From an uncultured virus (IMG/VR IMGVR_UViG_2663763270_000002) (taxonomy: Duplodnaviria; Heunggongvirae; Uroviricota; Caudoviricetes), in the IMG/VR virus record IMGVR_UViG_2663763270_000002: a DNA stretch of 64,000 bases; one strand, given 5' to 3'. The notes beneath the pieces were generated by a model. That model was given only the letters and a program-made list of their open reading frames with translations. It was not told where the DNA came from and ran no database searches. Every line of letters starts with the position of its first letter. The first letter of the stretch is position 1. Positions 9,226 through 19,589 of the stretch are shown here, one piece after another. Position numbers and translations under genes: made by a program.

Positions 9226-12200
9226 TTACCTCCGCATATAGGTGCGAACCGCGCGGGAGTTCTCCGAACGCACCTTTCGGATGCCTTCGCTCACGCGATC
9301 CGTATTCACGGTCACGTTCGGTCGGGCGAGTAGTGCGCGTTCGAATTCCTCGCGGCTGATGCCCTGGGACGCTGGAGCGTCCAGGGTCGACCCGGCGAAC
9401 TGGCGAAGTTGCTCGGGGCTGGAGAAAATCGGCTCTGGCCTGGAGGAAAGGTTGATGCCCATCTCTCCGGGCTCCAGCCAGCCGCCGTTATCGAACACCT
9501 TCGGTGCCTTGGCGCGGGCCTTCTTCACCCAGTCCGGGGCCTCACCATCGGGGCCGGGGATGAATCCCAATTGTTGAAGAACTTCGGCCGGATTGAAGTG
9601 CGTAGAGCCGGTGACGCTCCTCGCGTCGTCCTCGTCGTCGTCCTCATTGGCGAGCGCGACGACTTGATCGGCCACGTCCCACCAGTGCGAGCCCGATACC
9701 TTGTCCGGCAACTGCTCTTTGAACGCGTCGAACGCGGCACCGGCAGCATTGGAAGCTGCATTAGTGAAGATGTCCCGGACGGTCTGGGCCGGGGTCTTCT
9801 CGTCCTCATCCGGGGCCTGAGCCTCTTGGATCGCACGGGAGTACTCCGCGTCCGCCTGGGCCTTGTCGATGGCGGTCGACGTGGGGTCGTCGTAGACCTC
9901 GTTCCGGCGCTCTCGCGCCGCCTGGACAGCGGCTAGCTTGCTGATCCGGTCGGCTTCCTCCTCGGAGTACATCCGGCTCAGCTCAGGCGCTTCAGGCGCG
10001 ATCCGTTCGCCGCCGTCGATCTGCCCTTGACGGTCCTTCTGCCGCTGCTTCTCGATCACCTTGTCTTCGGCGTCGGCAACGTCCAGGTCCGCTAGGCGAC
10101 GATCAGACGGAGACGATTCCGCGTCGGCGTAGACCTCATCGCGACGTTCCTTCGCCTTCTGGACAGCGATATGGAGCCGCTCTAGTTCCCGCTCATCCTC
10201 GGCGGTCCACTCGATGAGCGTCCCGCCACTGATGCCTCCACCACCCTCTAGGTAGCCCTTGATCAGGCTGTTAGGCAGGTGGAACTTGAACGGAAACTGT
10301 GAATCCGTCGCGCCAGCACGACTACCACCGATTCCCGAAGTGCCATGCGCCCCACCGGATTCGACCGGCTGCCCGGCCAGTGTCGCGGCCATGTGCTCTT
10401 GCGAGACACCAACACGGAAGTATGTCCCAGAGGGGCCTAGGCCCGGCTCCAGTCCGGCTGTGCTGCCGTCCAATAGGCTGTACGTGGTATAGAGCCTCTT
10501 GGTAGAGCCTTCGATGCCCATGAGAATTTGCTGAAGCCAGCCGACGAATCCAGAGCAATCGAAGTTGGTCGGCCCGGTCCCGCCCCACACGTATTTGTTG
10601 CCTTCGACAGACCTTGCGGCTTCGACTGCCTTTTGCACGCCGTAAGGGACACTTCCGCCTGCGGCGTACATCGGAAGTTGTTGTAGTTGTTGCAGCTCCG
10701 GGGCATCCCGGTTGATCATCTTCAGCAGTCCGCGCCACTTCCGGGCGGACTTCTCCTTAACGACCTCTTCACCCGGCGATACCCAGGCGGTGGGCCTTCC
10801 CGTCGTCGGATCAATACCTAGGATGTTGTCCGACGTACCGGTACCCGGGCCTTGGATGGTCCCGCCCGTAGCAAATCCGGGAATCGTCCCGCCACCCGCA
10901 CGTGCGGGTAGCGGACGTGGACGAGCGGCTTCCGGGATTTGTAGAAATGCCTCGTTGCCGACTTCGTTTTGAACCCGGACCCGGACCACCTTGTCGGGAA
11001 TTTGCTTCGCAATCAGCTTGTCGATTTCGGCAATGACGTTCGGAATGTCCGGTGCCTCCACCGAGAAAACTCCCGGCTTGCCCGTGACCTCCGTGACCTT
11101 CGCCCCGGCAGCCTGAAGCTGCGCGATAACTTCAGCCGACCCGGTGAGCTTGGTGTCGATGGTGACACCTTCACGGTTTGCGTCCATCAAGGCCCGCATC
11201 ACGGTCAGCTTTTGTGTAACGTCGCTCGCACCACGGAGATTGACCAACGTAGTGATCTGGTCCGGCATGTAGCCGACCGATTCCGCGAGCTGAACAATCT
11301 GTTCCTCGGTTAGCCCGACCGCGCTACCCAGGTCCCGCAAGACCTGAGCGTTGCGCTCGAACACCGGTCCCATATCGCCACCGGAGGCAGCCACTTGGGC
11401 GGTCTCGTCCCGAAGTTCCTTGAGAACGTCACGGAGCTTCGACCCGTTTTCGGTGAGCGTATTCACGCCACCAGTCGCGGCGTCGATCAGCTCCGCGCCG
11501 AATCCCTTCGACGTGTCCCACTTGTCAGAGGTCGACCCGATAACGTCTCGGATCGCGTCGTTGTAGGACTGCATCGCGTCTTCTAGCTCCACCGGCTTAC
11601 CCGACAGAGCATCAAGCGCCTTTTTAAGGGCGCTCACGCGGTCGTCAGCCTCCGCAGAAGAGCTAGACAGGGTTTCTACCGCTTCGGTCAGCGAGCCTAG
11701 CCCTGGCGTCGAATTTCGCGCCGCGTCGAGCATAGACACGATATCCGAGCGAGTATCCTGGAATATCTGTGCAACACGTTGTCCCGAGTCACCGGCAGAA
11801 TTGAGCGCGTTGATGAACTGGTTGTATGCGTCGCCGCCTTCAGCGACGACTTTGCCCAGATCATCTACGTCTAGCTTTTGCTGATTCAGGACGTCCAGCA
11901 GAGTGTTATTCTGCTCAATGGCACGTTGCGTCTGTGCGTACCCAGAATTGTCGATAGGCGGTGCAGGCGCACCAAGTCGCATCCAGGCATTCGTAGAAAA
12001 CTCGTTCTTGAACGACTCCCAGGCCGAATGCCCTTCGTCCGCAATCTTCTGGATCGCGGAGATGCGGGCTTGAACTAGGTTTCCGGCTTCCTGGATGGCC
12101 TTCGCATCCAGTTTGCCGCCCGTTTCATTGAGCGCGCTCTGTAGCTTTCGCTGGGCCTTCTCGCTTGCGACCACCGACTGTGTGAAGGCGTCTTGTACCT

Positions 12201-14109
12201 TCTGGGTCTTGCTCGTATGGCCCTGGTAGACCATATAGCCCGCAAAGGCACCGGCCAGCGCGATAGCCCACGGACCGCCGAGCATGTTGACAACGGACGA
12301 GAGTCCTCGGCCCACAGTCGCTAGTCCGGCCGTGGCGTACGCCTGGAGCCGACCGGCAGCCGCCATCGCGGCAGCACTACTGCGATACAGCGCACCGGTA
12401 AGTGCGTTGGTGGAGGTAGCGGCAGCAGCCGCCTGTCCAGCCCATCGGGTGAGTGCGTTCGTTGCCAGGTTCGCGTTGTAGGCGTTCTGCGCGAACGCAC
12501 GGGCCGACGCCAGACGCGAGCGGATCGCACCTTGGGTTACCGGGACCTCTTGGCCGATACTCGCCAGGTAGGCGCGAATGGCCGCATTGTGCATGACGAG
12601 CGCGCGGGACAACGCGGCCTGAGCGGCAATCGTGGCCGGAGACAGCAGATTTCGGAAAGCCGTCATCGCCTCGAAGCCGACATGCACCGCCTTCGCGGTG
12701 GTCATCGCAGCGGCGTACGCCGTAAGGCCCGCCGCGACCAGCCACGTGTTATCAGCCACCAGGGCTAGGGTTCGGGCGAAGTGCTCCAGCACCACGGAGC
12801 CGACGACACCGGCGTCACCAAGGATCGACGCTAGAGAGCGTCCAACGGTTTGCGCCGCATCGCCAAGCTTCTTGAAGGTCTCGGCCAGCGTCTCACCGAT
12901 GCCCTTGACCTCGGTGTACCCGCTCCCGTCAACCTTTCCGCCGCGTAGGGCGTCGAAGAAGTCACGAACCCCAGACAGGTCCTTGGACCGGATCGCATTC
13001 CACAGCGAAATTACCGCTTCGCGGATGCGGAATAGGTATTCGACCGGCTTCGAATCTTCCTCGAAGCCGAAAGTCATGCCTTCACCGAGATACTTCCCAT
13101 CCTTCAGGATGGAGAAGACTCCACGGATACCGTCGACGGTTTGCCGCGCCCTGACACCGAACTTCTCCCAGTTCGAGGCCGCGCCCGTAATCGATTTACC
13201 GTGTGTCTGGAACGCCTGTCCCATCTCGGTAAGGTTGGTGGCGACACTGGTAGCTACCCGCTTGGCGATTGGGGTTACCTTGTCGGCCCACCCGGTGAAG
13301 AGTTTCAGTGCTTCCTTGGTCATCGGCAGGAATGGCGCTAGGACCGCCTCACCGATACGGCCTAGGGCCGCTTGGAAGTTCTTCCACCCGCCGCGAAGAG
13401 TCTTGCCGGACTCCAGCGCGGCACCACCAATATTTTCCTCGATGACCTTGCGGAAAGTCTCAGCGTCGACCTTGCCCGACTTGACCATCTCGGACAGCTC
13501 TTCAGCGGACTTGCCATATTCCTCTTGAAGCCACTGAAAAATAGGAATACCACGATTGGCAAGCATATTCAGATCGTCTGTATATGCTTTTCCGCTCGTG
13601 GTGACCTTGTTCAGGATGAAGCCCATTTCACCCAGCGACGCACCCGCGATAGTCGCGGCGTCGGCGGTGAGCTTCAGGTACCGAGTTAGTTCCTCGCCCG
13701 GCTTGACACCGGCAGCAACAGCAGACGCCGCAATGGTGGCGGCTTCGCCCATGCCGAAGGCCGTGCCACGCACGGCAGCCATAGCGGACTCCATGATGGT
13801 CGCTACGCCTTCGGCCGTGTGCCCTAGACCGGCTAGCTTGCCCTTGGCGTCGTCAATCGCGACCATGCGCTGAAAGCCCTTGGACAGGGCTGTACCAACG
13901 AGGGCACCGGCCACCAGGCCGACACCCGTCGCGGCAGTTTTCAGCGTCGAGCCCAGACCAGCGGCCAGCCGCGAGCCCATGCCCTCACCGGTACGAGTCG
14001 CCTGCGGCTCCAAGCCACTGAGCGACTGTTGTACCTGACCGGGGACCTTGGAGGACTCCACGACCAGCGACACATACGCGGTCGCGATTTCAGCGCCTTG
14101 CGTCGTCAC
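9226..14109 (-). CDS. Tape measure protein with C-terminal NlpC/P60-like peptidase
   Basis: 1627 aa, Ala-rich; EIATAYVSL start; YVWGGTGPTNFDCSG...H motif. Confidence 0.95.
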   Translation of the reverse strand: MTTQGAEIATAYVSLVVESSKVPGQVQQSLSGLEPQATRTGEGMGSRLAAGLGSTLKTAATGVGLVAGALVGTALSKGFQRMVAIDDAKGKLAGLGHTAEGVATIMESAMAAVRGTAFGMGEAATIAASAVAAGVKPGEELTRYLKLTADAATIAGASLGEMGFILNKVTTSGKAYTDDLNMLANRGIPIFQWLQEEYGKSAEELSEMVKSGKVDAETFRKVIEENIGGAALESGKTLRGGWKNFQAALGRIGEAVLAPFLPMTKEALKLFTGWADKVTPIAKRVATSVATNLTEMGQAFQTHGKSITGAASNWEKFGVRARQTVDGIRGVFSILKDGKYLGEGMTFGFEEDSKPVEYLFRIREAVISLWNAIRSKDLSGVRDFFDALRGGKVDGSGYTEVKGIGETLAETFKKLGDAAQTVGRSLASILGDAGVVGSVVLEHFARTLALVADNTWLVAAGLTAYAAAMTTAKAVHVGFEAMTAFRNLLSPATIAAQAALSRALVMHNAAIRAYLASIGQEVPVTQGAIRSRLASARAFAQNAYNANLATNALTRWAGQAAAAATSTNALTGALYRSSAAAMAAAGRLQAYATAGLATVGRGLSSVVNMLGGPWAIALAGAFAGYMVYQGHTSKTQKVQDAFTQSVVASEKAQRKLQSALNETGGKLDAKAIQEAGNLVQARISAIQKIADEGHSAWESFKNEFSTNAWMRLGAPAPPIDNSGYAQTQRAIEQNNTLLDVLNQQKLDVDDLGKVVAEGGDAYNQFINALNSAGDSGQRVAQIFQDTRSDIVSMLDAARNSTPGLGSLTEAVETLSSSSAEADDRVSALKKALDALSGKPVELEDAMQSYNDAIRDVIGSTSDKWDTSKGFGAELIDAATGGVNTLTENGSKLRDVLKELRDETAQVAASGGDMGPVFERNAQVLRDLGSAVGLTEEQIVQLAESVGYMPDQITTLVNLRGASDVTQKLTVMRALMDANREGVTIDTKLTGSAEVIAQLQAAGAKVTEVTGKPGVFSVEAPDIPNVIAEIDKLIAKQIPDKVVRVRVQNEVGNEAFLQIPEAARPRPLPARAGGGTIPGFATGGTIQGPGTGTSDNILGIDPTTGRPTAWVSPGEEVVKEKSARKWRGLLKMINRDAPELQQLQQLPMYAAGGSVPYGVQKAVEAARSVEGNKYVWGGTGPTNFDCSGFVGWLQQILMGIEGSTKRLYTTYSLLDGSTAGLEPGLGPSGTYFRVGVSQEHMAATLAGQPVESGGAHGTSGIGGSRAGATDSQFPFKFHLPNSLIKGYLEGGGGISGGTLIEWTAEDERELERLHIAVQKAKERRDEVYADAESSPSDRRLADLDVADAEDKVIEKQRQKDRQGQIDGGERIAPEAPELSRMYSEEEADRISKLAAVQAARERRNEVYDDPTSTAIDKAQADAEYSRAIQEAQAPDEDEKTPAQTVRDIFTNAASNAAGAAFDAFKEQLPDKVSGSHWWDVADQVVALANEDDDEDDARSVTGSTHFNPAEVLQQLGFIPGPDGEAPDWVKKARAKAPKVFDNGGWLEPGEMGINLSSRPEPIFSSPEQLRQFAGSTLDAPASQGISREEFERALLARPNVTVNTDRVSEGIRKVRSENSRAVRTYMRR

Positions 14110-14131
14110 GCGTCAGCCCTCCCATAGTCCA

Positions 14132-14841
14132 TTAGTCAGCAGTTGCGCGAGCCTGAGCCGCATTTCTGCGACGCTGAAGCTCTGCGCGGATTTCGCTAAG
14201 GTCGTAGCCTTGCGATTCAGATTCAGATTCATTGCCCTCACTTGGTCGCGTGAGGATTTCCGGCTTCTCGCCTTTTCCGCCCGCCCGCTGCCAATTGGCA
14301 CCTTGCAGCGTGTAGATGGCTAGTGCCCACATGTCGAATTCCGGCGTCCAATACCACGATTTCGGGTACCTAGCGCGGTAGAGCGCACTGTCAGGGGTTG
14401 GCGGAAAACCCCATTTGAGGAGTGACCGGAATTCTGCCCATGACAGGCGCTCTGTGCCGATGTCATGCAGGTGAAAGCCGCGTATCAGTAGGTCAGCCTC
14501 GATAGGCTCCCCGTAGTCCTCTAGGACTCGGCAGAGCCTTCCGATTCCCCCACCGTGATAGCGCTCGCGGCGGTCCAGCGCTCCGACAGCCAGAGCACCT
14601 GGTCAGCGTGCAGGCTGTCGAGTTCGGCAGCCGCTTCGGGGCATTCAATGCTCAGTAGACGACGGGTAAAAGAAACCTCGTCCAGTCCCTTGCCCAGTTG
14701 CTCAGCAATGAACTTCGAGCCATCACCCGACATGTATTGCAGCTTAGGCACCGAGTAGACCTTTCCGCCGTCCTTGAGGCGGAACGAGTAGCGGTTTTCA
14801 CGCTTAGAAGCCTTGGAAGCGGGAACAGTATCAACAGCCAT
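14132..14841 (-). CDS. Tail assembly chaperone, long -1 frameshift product (gpGT-like)
   Basis: Slippery GGGGGAA at 14551-14545; the -1 frame is open (GIGRLCRVLEDYGEPIEADL...) into the 14132-14332 ORF. Confidence 0.85.
14521..14841 (-). CDS. Tail assembly chaperone, short product (gpG-like)
   Basis: Between major tail and TMP; ends ITVGES. Confidence 0.9.
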   Translation of the reverse strand: MAVDTVPASKASKRENRYSFRLKDGGKVYSVPKLQYMSGDGSKFIAEQLGKGLDEVSFTRRLLSIECPEAAAELDSLHADQVLWLSERWTAASAITVGESEGSAES

Positions 14842-14959
14842 GACCAGACCTTTTCGATAGAAGTTTGAGGGGACCGGACCCGTTCCCGCCCGGACAAGGG
14901 CAACGGTCCGGTCAAGGGATTAACCTTGTCCGGGCAGAAAAACAGTGACTAGGAAGTCG

Positions 14960-15556
14960 TTACGGAGTGGTGGCGAAAACGCCATCATCAATGAACTCGC
15001 GAATGTGGAAAGCCGTATCGCCATCCACGTATTCGAAGCACTCGAAAGTAACTGCGTACTTCACAGCGTCGGTCGACACCTGCGACACGTCATCGACGGT
15101 GATCGGCTTCGCGATAGGAGCAACCTGCCGACGCACGCCGGTGCCTTGGACGGTCTCGGTCACAATGACCGATTCCGGCAGCGGGGCCGAGTTGTGATCC
15201 ACGGTGATCAGCGCACCCTTATTTGCGGTGGCTGGCGTAAAGGTCACATTGGAAGTACCGAAGACGGTCTTCAGCGTCTCCAGGTTGATAGCCTCCACAA
15301 ATTCGACCTTCAGAGTCTCCGAGTAGTCGCTTTGCGGAGTCGCGATGGTCTTTCCACCGAAATCCTTGATCTTCTGGACTTCACGCGCCATAGCGTTGAC
15401 GATTCCGGCATCCGAAATGCCGCCCTGGTCGACGTACGCCGCAGCCAGCGCAGTAACCGCGTCAGTCGGTAGGGCAGTGCCCAGCGGTGCGCGATAGATA
15501 ACGCCCTTCACCTTCGGCGCGCTGGGGACGTAAACCTTACTAGTATCAGTAGGCAT
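14960..15556 (-). CDS. Major tail protein
   Basis: YRAPLGTALPTDA and GxISDAG motifs. Confidence 0.9.
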   Translation of the reverse strand: MPTDTSKVYVPSAPKVKGVIYRAPLGTALPTDAVTALAAAYVDQGGISDAGIVNAMAREVQKIKDFGGKTIATPQSDYSETLKVEFVEAINLETLKTVFGTSNVTFTPATANKGALITVDHNSAPLPESVIVTETVQGTGVRRQVAPIAKPITVDDVSQVSTDAVKYAVTFECFEYVDGDTAFHIREFIDDGVFATTP

Positions 15557-15597
15557 AGGTATCCTCTAATTCGAAGGCACCGAAGTGCCTCTATGAT

Positions 15598-16008
15598 TTA
15601 AATGTTTGTCGCTATTCCGAGACGCGCCGTGAAAGTCCACCGGTCGCAATCGGGTACCTGATCGTCGGGAAGCTGGACCGGTCCGCCTACTTCCTCGCAT
15701 GACGAAATCCAAGCGGTTTGCGCGTTGCCGTCGTCATCGACGTACGGCACCATTTCGCCCGGAGAGCCCTCGATAATGTCAGCGACGCGGCAGGCCAGCG
15801 CCTCTGCACTCACCGGGTGCCAGCAATCAAACGTGAGCATCGGACCATCGGTGACCATGTTCAATTTCGGTCCACCAACGCGCGTTACGCGGATGAATGA
15901 TTGCGGCCTGTCGCTGTCCACACGGTCCATGACCGGGACAGAAACCCGGGGTGTCAGATAGGCGATAGTGACGAGCACGGCGGGATGTCGTCTACTACCG
16001 AGCAGCAT
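15598..16008 (-). CDS. Tail terminator
   Basis: FIRVTRVGG motif; precedes major tail. Confidence 0.8.
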   Translation of the reverse strand: MLLGSRRHPAVLVTIAYLTPRVSVPVMDRVDSDRPQSFIRVTRVGGPKLNMVTDGPMLTFDCWHPVSAEALACRVADIIEGSPGEMVPYVDDDGNAQTAWISSCEEVGGPVQLPDDQVPDCDRWTFTARLGIATNI

Positions 16009-16267
16009 CTAGCGCCTTCAGCAAAGTGTGATGCCGGGCGTTCTTGCGTCTCGCCCGGAAATCAGCGGTCGTCACCGACGAGCGGGCGCGACCCTGGGGG
16101 TTGCGCTCACCGACCACCGTACGAACCTCGTACTTACCACCACCTTGGGCAGTGGCAGCGGCCTTTACTCGCTTGGCGCGGGAATCCACTTCGGCCAGTG
16201 CTCCCGGACCGGTGCGGAGCTTGTAAAAGCCGTCATGATTCCACTTGATTCGGACGTTGCTAGCCAT
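15995..16267 (-). CDS. Head-tail/tail completion protein
   Basis: RIKWNHDGF...TLLKAL pattern; synteny. Confidence 0.7.
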   Translation of the reverse strand: MASNVRIKWNHDGFYKLRTGPGALAEVDSRAKRVKAAATAQGGGKYEVRTVVGERNPQGRARSSVTTADFRARRKNARHHTLLKALDAAR

Positions 16268-16430
16268 CGAGCATCACCGCCCCGGACCAGGCTCCGCCCG
16301 ACCAGGCTGCGACAATCCGGCCGTCAGAGCCGATCACTTCCAAATTGTTGTGCTCTTCCTCGGTCTTGAAGCCAGCGGCCGATTTGAACTCATACAACTT
16401 GCCGTCCCGGTCGATAACCTTCACTCCCAT
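16260..16430 (-). CDS. Small hypothetical protein (56 aa)
   Basis: MGVKVIDRDGKLYEFKSAAGF... fills the gap exactly; too short for the ORF track. Confidence 0.55.
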   Translation of the reverse strand: MGVKVIDRDGKLYEFKSAAGFKTEEEHNNLEVIGSDGRIVAAWSGGAWSGAVMLDG

Positions 16431-16432
16431 TT

Positions 16433-16789
16433 TCAGCCTTCCGCTCGAATCAGGTTGACTACGTATCCGGGTTGAAAGGCGAAGGGGCCGAAACAGAAGT
16501 CTTCCGGGTAGCCGACTGCAAAATATTCCTTTGCGGGCATCACGCCCGTTGCCGGGATGATCACCCGGTCTTTAGGCCCGACCCGGAAACCGGGCGGGAC
16601 GAATAGCTCAACTTCAATGACGACGCGATCATGTCCGATCACTTTCGGCTCCGTCGATTGCGGAGCCGCCCAGCCGATCACCGACTGAGACACCGGGAAA
16701 TCCCACGACTCGATCAGCGATCCGCGAGGATCGCGCCCAGGTCCTTGCCGGTACGTCCTGGTCTGCACGGTGTACGGGGTAGGGAACAT
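16433..16789 (-). CDS. Head-to-tail stopper
   Basis: MFPTPYTV start, GPKDRVII, VGYPED motifs. Confidence 0.8.
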   Translation of the reverse strand: MFPTPYTVQTRTYRQGPGRDPRGSLIESWDFPVSQSVIGWAAPQSTEPKVIGHDRVVIEVELFVPPGFRVGPKDRVIIPATGVMPAKEYFAVGYPEDFCFGPFAFQPGYVVNLIRAEG

Positions 16790-16793
16790 GGGG

Positions 16794-17162
16794 TCACCAC
16801 GTCCTTACCGAGAAGGCACCGAGCTTGACCCGTCGTAAAGCGATCCGGTCCGCCTTCGACAGCCACGGGGAGCCCGAACGGGACTCAGCCGTGAACGTGT
16901 TCGAAATTTGGAAAGGCCCCGCCGTCATCTGTTGTCCCTGGAGGGACGGCGTTGTGTTGGGGGACTCGAACATTCGGGCCACCATCCGCGACACAACGCG
17001 GGTGACCGCACCGGGAACCGGGTCCAGCCGGGCCGGACCCAGATACCCGACAACTTGGTCGCTGGCTTCCTCAAGAAGCCCGTCCACGCGGGCATTCTCC
17101 GAGTCCGTCAAACTTCGGCCTAGACGCTCTTCTACGTCACTTCTCGTCGCTAGTGGCATCAT
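16794..17162 (-). CDS. Head-to-tail adaptor
   Basis: LATxxDVExRLGR, MVARM, TAGPF motifs. Confidence 0.85.
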   Translation of the reverse strand: MMPLATRSDVEERLGRSLTDSENARVDGLLEEASDQVVGYLGPARLDPVPGAVTRVVSRMVARMFESPNTTPSLQGQQMTAGPFQISNTFTAESRSGSPWLSKADRIALRRVKLGAFSVRTW

Positions 17163-17388
17163 TTACCGCCGAAGCATTTCGCGGCCGTCCACGGCGCGGC
17201 TGGGCCTTGTTTTCGGCCGGTTCCGCTGTCGGCTCCACCGGCTTCGGTGCAGACTTGCCGCTGTCGACCAGATGCGACCCGAGCGCGATATCGGCGGGGA
17301 TTTCATCCCCGGCCTTGAGAACCACGGTTTCCCCACTGGCCCGGAATGCGTAAACGACGCCTTCCAGGTCTGCGCGAATCTTCGCCAC
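17137..17388 (-). CDS. Small capsid-associated protein
   Basis: VLKAGDEIP motif directly after major capsid. Confidence 0.6.
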   Translation of the reverse strand: MAKIRADLEGVVYAFRASGETVVLKAGDEIPADIALGSHLVDSGKSAPKPVEPTAEPAENKAQPRRGRPRNASAVNDATSDEK

Positions 17389-17431
17389 GTTTTCAACCTC
17401 TCCCGACCGGGAGCCCCGAAAGGCTCCCGCC

Positions 17432-17444
17432 GTTCTGTGTCAAC
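17432..17444 (-). promoter_or_regulatory. Operator/stoperator GTTGACACAGAAC
   Basis: One mismatch to consensus; oriented with minus-strand transcription, just after capsid stop. Confidence 0.8.
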
Positions 17445-17450
17445 ATTCGC

Positions 17451-18488
17451 TCAGGAAACAGTCGAAACGAACAGCTTCTTAGCGTCCTCGAGGACCGGTT
17501 GACCCACCGCATCCACGTAGGTGAACTGCCTGAACGGTGGCCCTTCCTTGACGACGACGCCGACGATTCCGGCCGCTTCCTCAAAGCTGTAATCGGTCTG
17601 ATTGGCGTCTAGCAGCTCCAGCGCGGTAGCGCTCATGCCGTATGCCATGTACCCCAGGTCCCGGACGTTGTCCGGCAGCATGATCACCCTGTTGTCCGGC
17701 AGGACACGAGTGTCCACGCCGTCCACGTGAAGCTTGGTGTCATACGACGGCAGCAGCGACGGAAGCCCCTCCGACTCCAGCAAAGTGTTCAGCTCCGCGA
17801 GAGTGACACGGGTACGCCCGGCGGTCGCGCCGAAAACGGCGTCGATCACTTCCTTGTTGCGCTGCATCAGACGGATGTTCTTGCGAGAGGTGAGCAGCTT
17901 GCCCGGCACATCACCGTTGGTGTCATTCCAGGTGTCAGACCACGCGGCAATATCCGTGAGCGGCTTCGAATTGGTCAGGTCGGTCCACAGAGTCCCGGCC
18001 GTCGCAACATGATTGCCTGGAAGACCGTAATCGGCTTCCGAGTTGAAACCGTTCTCGCTGATGGTGAGCTTGCCGTCTAGAAGAACGTCGCCCCAGGCGA
18101 GTTCGATGCGGTTAAGAATCTCGTTCGTCAGCCGAACGCCGTCGTTGTAAATGGCGTTGACCAGACGTTCGGTGAAGGTGCCACCCATCGAAGCGAATTC
18201 GAGTTGTAGGCGTTCGTACTCACCCATGCCGATGGAGGTCGACAGGGGAGCAAGCTTCACTCGCTTGCTCGAACCGCTGTCCCGCTCCGACACGACGATT
18301 CGGCCGTCGAACGCGCGGTACTTCGCGGTGCGGTTCTTCAGGATGATCTCCGACCAGTCAATCGTGTTGGTCGGCTTGTACTCGGTCGGGAAAAGCCGCG
18401 ACAGAGCATTACCCTCCGGGGTAGGGACATTCTTGACCACAGTAGTCAGAGCGTCCGGCTCCACGGGGGCATCATAGAAAATAGGCAT
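17451..18488 (-). CDS. Major capsid protein
   Basis: 345 aa after scaffold and decoration genes; capsid-E-like pattern. Confidence 0.85.
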   Translation of the reverse strand: MPIFYDAPVEPDALTTVVKNVPTPEGNALSRLFPTEYKPTNTIDWSEIILKNRTAKYRAFDGRIVVSERDSGSSKRVKLAPLSTSIGMGEYERLQLEFASMGGTFTERLVNAIYNDGVRLTNEILNRIELAWGDVLLDGKLTISENGFNSEADYGLPGNHVATAGTLWTDLTNSKPLTDIAAWSDTWNDTNGDVPGKLLTSRKNIRLMQRNKEVIDAVFGATAGRTRVTLAELNTLLESEGLPSLLPSYDTKLHVDGVDTRVLPDNRVIMLPDNVRDLGYMAYGMSATALELLDANQTDYSFEEAAGIVGVVVKEGPPFRQFTYVDAVGQPVLEDAKKLFVSTVS

Positions 18489-18503
18489 TTAGAAAAACCC
18501 CGA

Positions 18504-18905
18504 TCAGTTGGTATAAATGATGAGCTTCAGATCGGCACGCGCGTTCGCGTCCAGGCCGCTATTCGCGGGGAGCTTCGCGGCGTCCACGAATCCATGCACG
18601 ACCAGAGCCCCGCCGACCTTGGTTTCGCCCTCAACTGGCAGCGAGCCGTAAAGGTGACCGGCTGCCACTTCGCGGCCATCGGTAGCGCTGTTGTCATACG
18701 GGCCGTAGAGGCCGGTCGCGGTGACCTTGCCGAGCACCATTCCCGAAGGGACAAAACCATCGGGGTAGTGGGTTGCCTGAGTGAACAGCGACACGTCCAG
18801 GGTCACGTTCGGGTTGGCGTTGGGGTCGGTGCCGTGGGCCGATTGCAGCCACGAGCGGTTTTCACCCCGATAAGTGGGAAGAGTCTTGACCGAAATACTG
18901 GTCAT
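18504..18905 (-). CDS. Head decoration protein
   Basis: SGMVLGKVTATGLYGPYD...DG motif. Confidence 0.8.
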   Translation of the reverse strand: MTSISVKTLPTYRGENRSWLQSAHGTDPNANPNVTLDVSLFTQATHYPDGFVPSGMVLGKVTATGLYGPYDNSATDGREVAAGHLYGSLPVEGETKVGGALVVHGFVDAAKLPANSGLDANARADLKLIIYTN

Positions 18906-18931
18906 CTATGAATACCTCTCAGAATGGGTAA

Positions 18932-19525
18932 TTAGTTGAGCTTCTTGCCGAAACGCTTTTCGACTTCAGCAGCTCCAGCGGCCCTGCCGGACGGCTTGGT
19001 GTTCGACTGCCGACCCTGTTGGGGGTTCGGCGTCACTCCGCCCTTTTCCGGCTCGGCATTTCCGCGCCACGTAAGAAGCACGTCCGCAGACGCTTCGATT
19101 TCCTCGCGAGTATTGCCCGAAAGTAGTTGGGCGGGCACTCCCTTTTCACCGGCAATCGTCAGCCGCAAGTTCTGGACGCGAAGCTTCTCCGCTTCCTCCT
19201 GCGCATCACGGGCCGCCTTCTCCGCCTTCTGAATCTCGGAAAGCTTCTCAGCCTCCGCAGCGTCGTAGGCATCCGCCTTCGCTTTCAGCGCCTCATAATC
19301 TGCGTACTTCGCCTTTTCACGCGCCAGGCGATCCCGGATGATGTGATCTAGAACGTCCTGAGACATGATCGGCTCAAAACTCCCGCCGTCGCCGGTCTTA
19401 TCGCCCGCGTCCGGCGGAGTAATGTCCCCCGACCCTCCAATAATCGGCCAGATGGGCCCACGCTTGCCGATGCCCAGGGCTCGAACGCCGGTAACGGGGT
19501 GAATCGGAAGTGCAGAAATAGGCAT
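18932..19525 (-). CDS. Scaffolding protein
   Basis: RLAREKAKYADY coiled coil; precedes capsid genes. Confidence 0.85.
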   Translation of the reverse strand: MPISALPIHPVTGVRALGIGKRGPIWPIIGGSGDITPPDAGDKTGDGGSFEPIMSQDVLDHIIRDRLAREKAKYADYEALKAKADAYDAAEAEKLSEIQKAEKAARDAQEEAEKLRVQNLRLTIAGEKGVPAQLLSGNTREEIEASADVLLTWRGNAEPEKGGVTPNPQQGRQSNTKPSGRAAGAAEVEKRFGKKLN

Positions 19526-19589
19526 GAAAGAACTCCGTAAACTCGTCAGTATGAAAACCGCCCATTGACCGCTGAGCGTCGGCGTAAAA

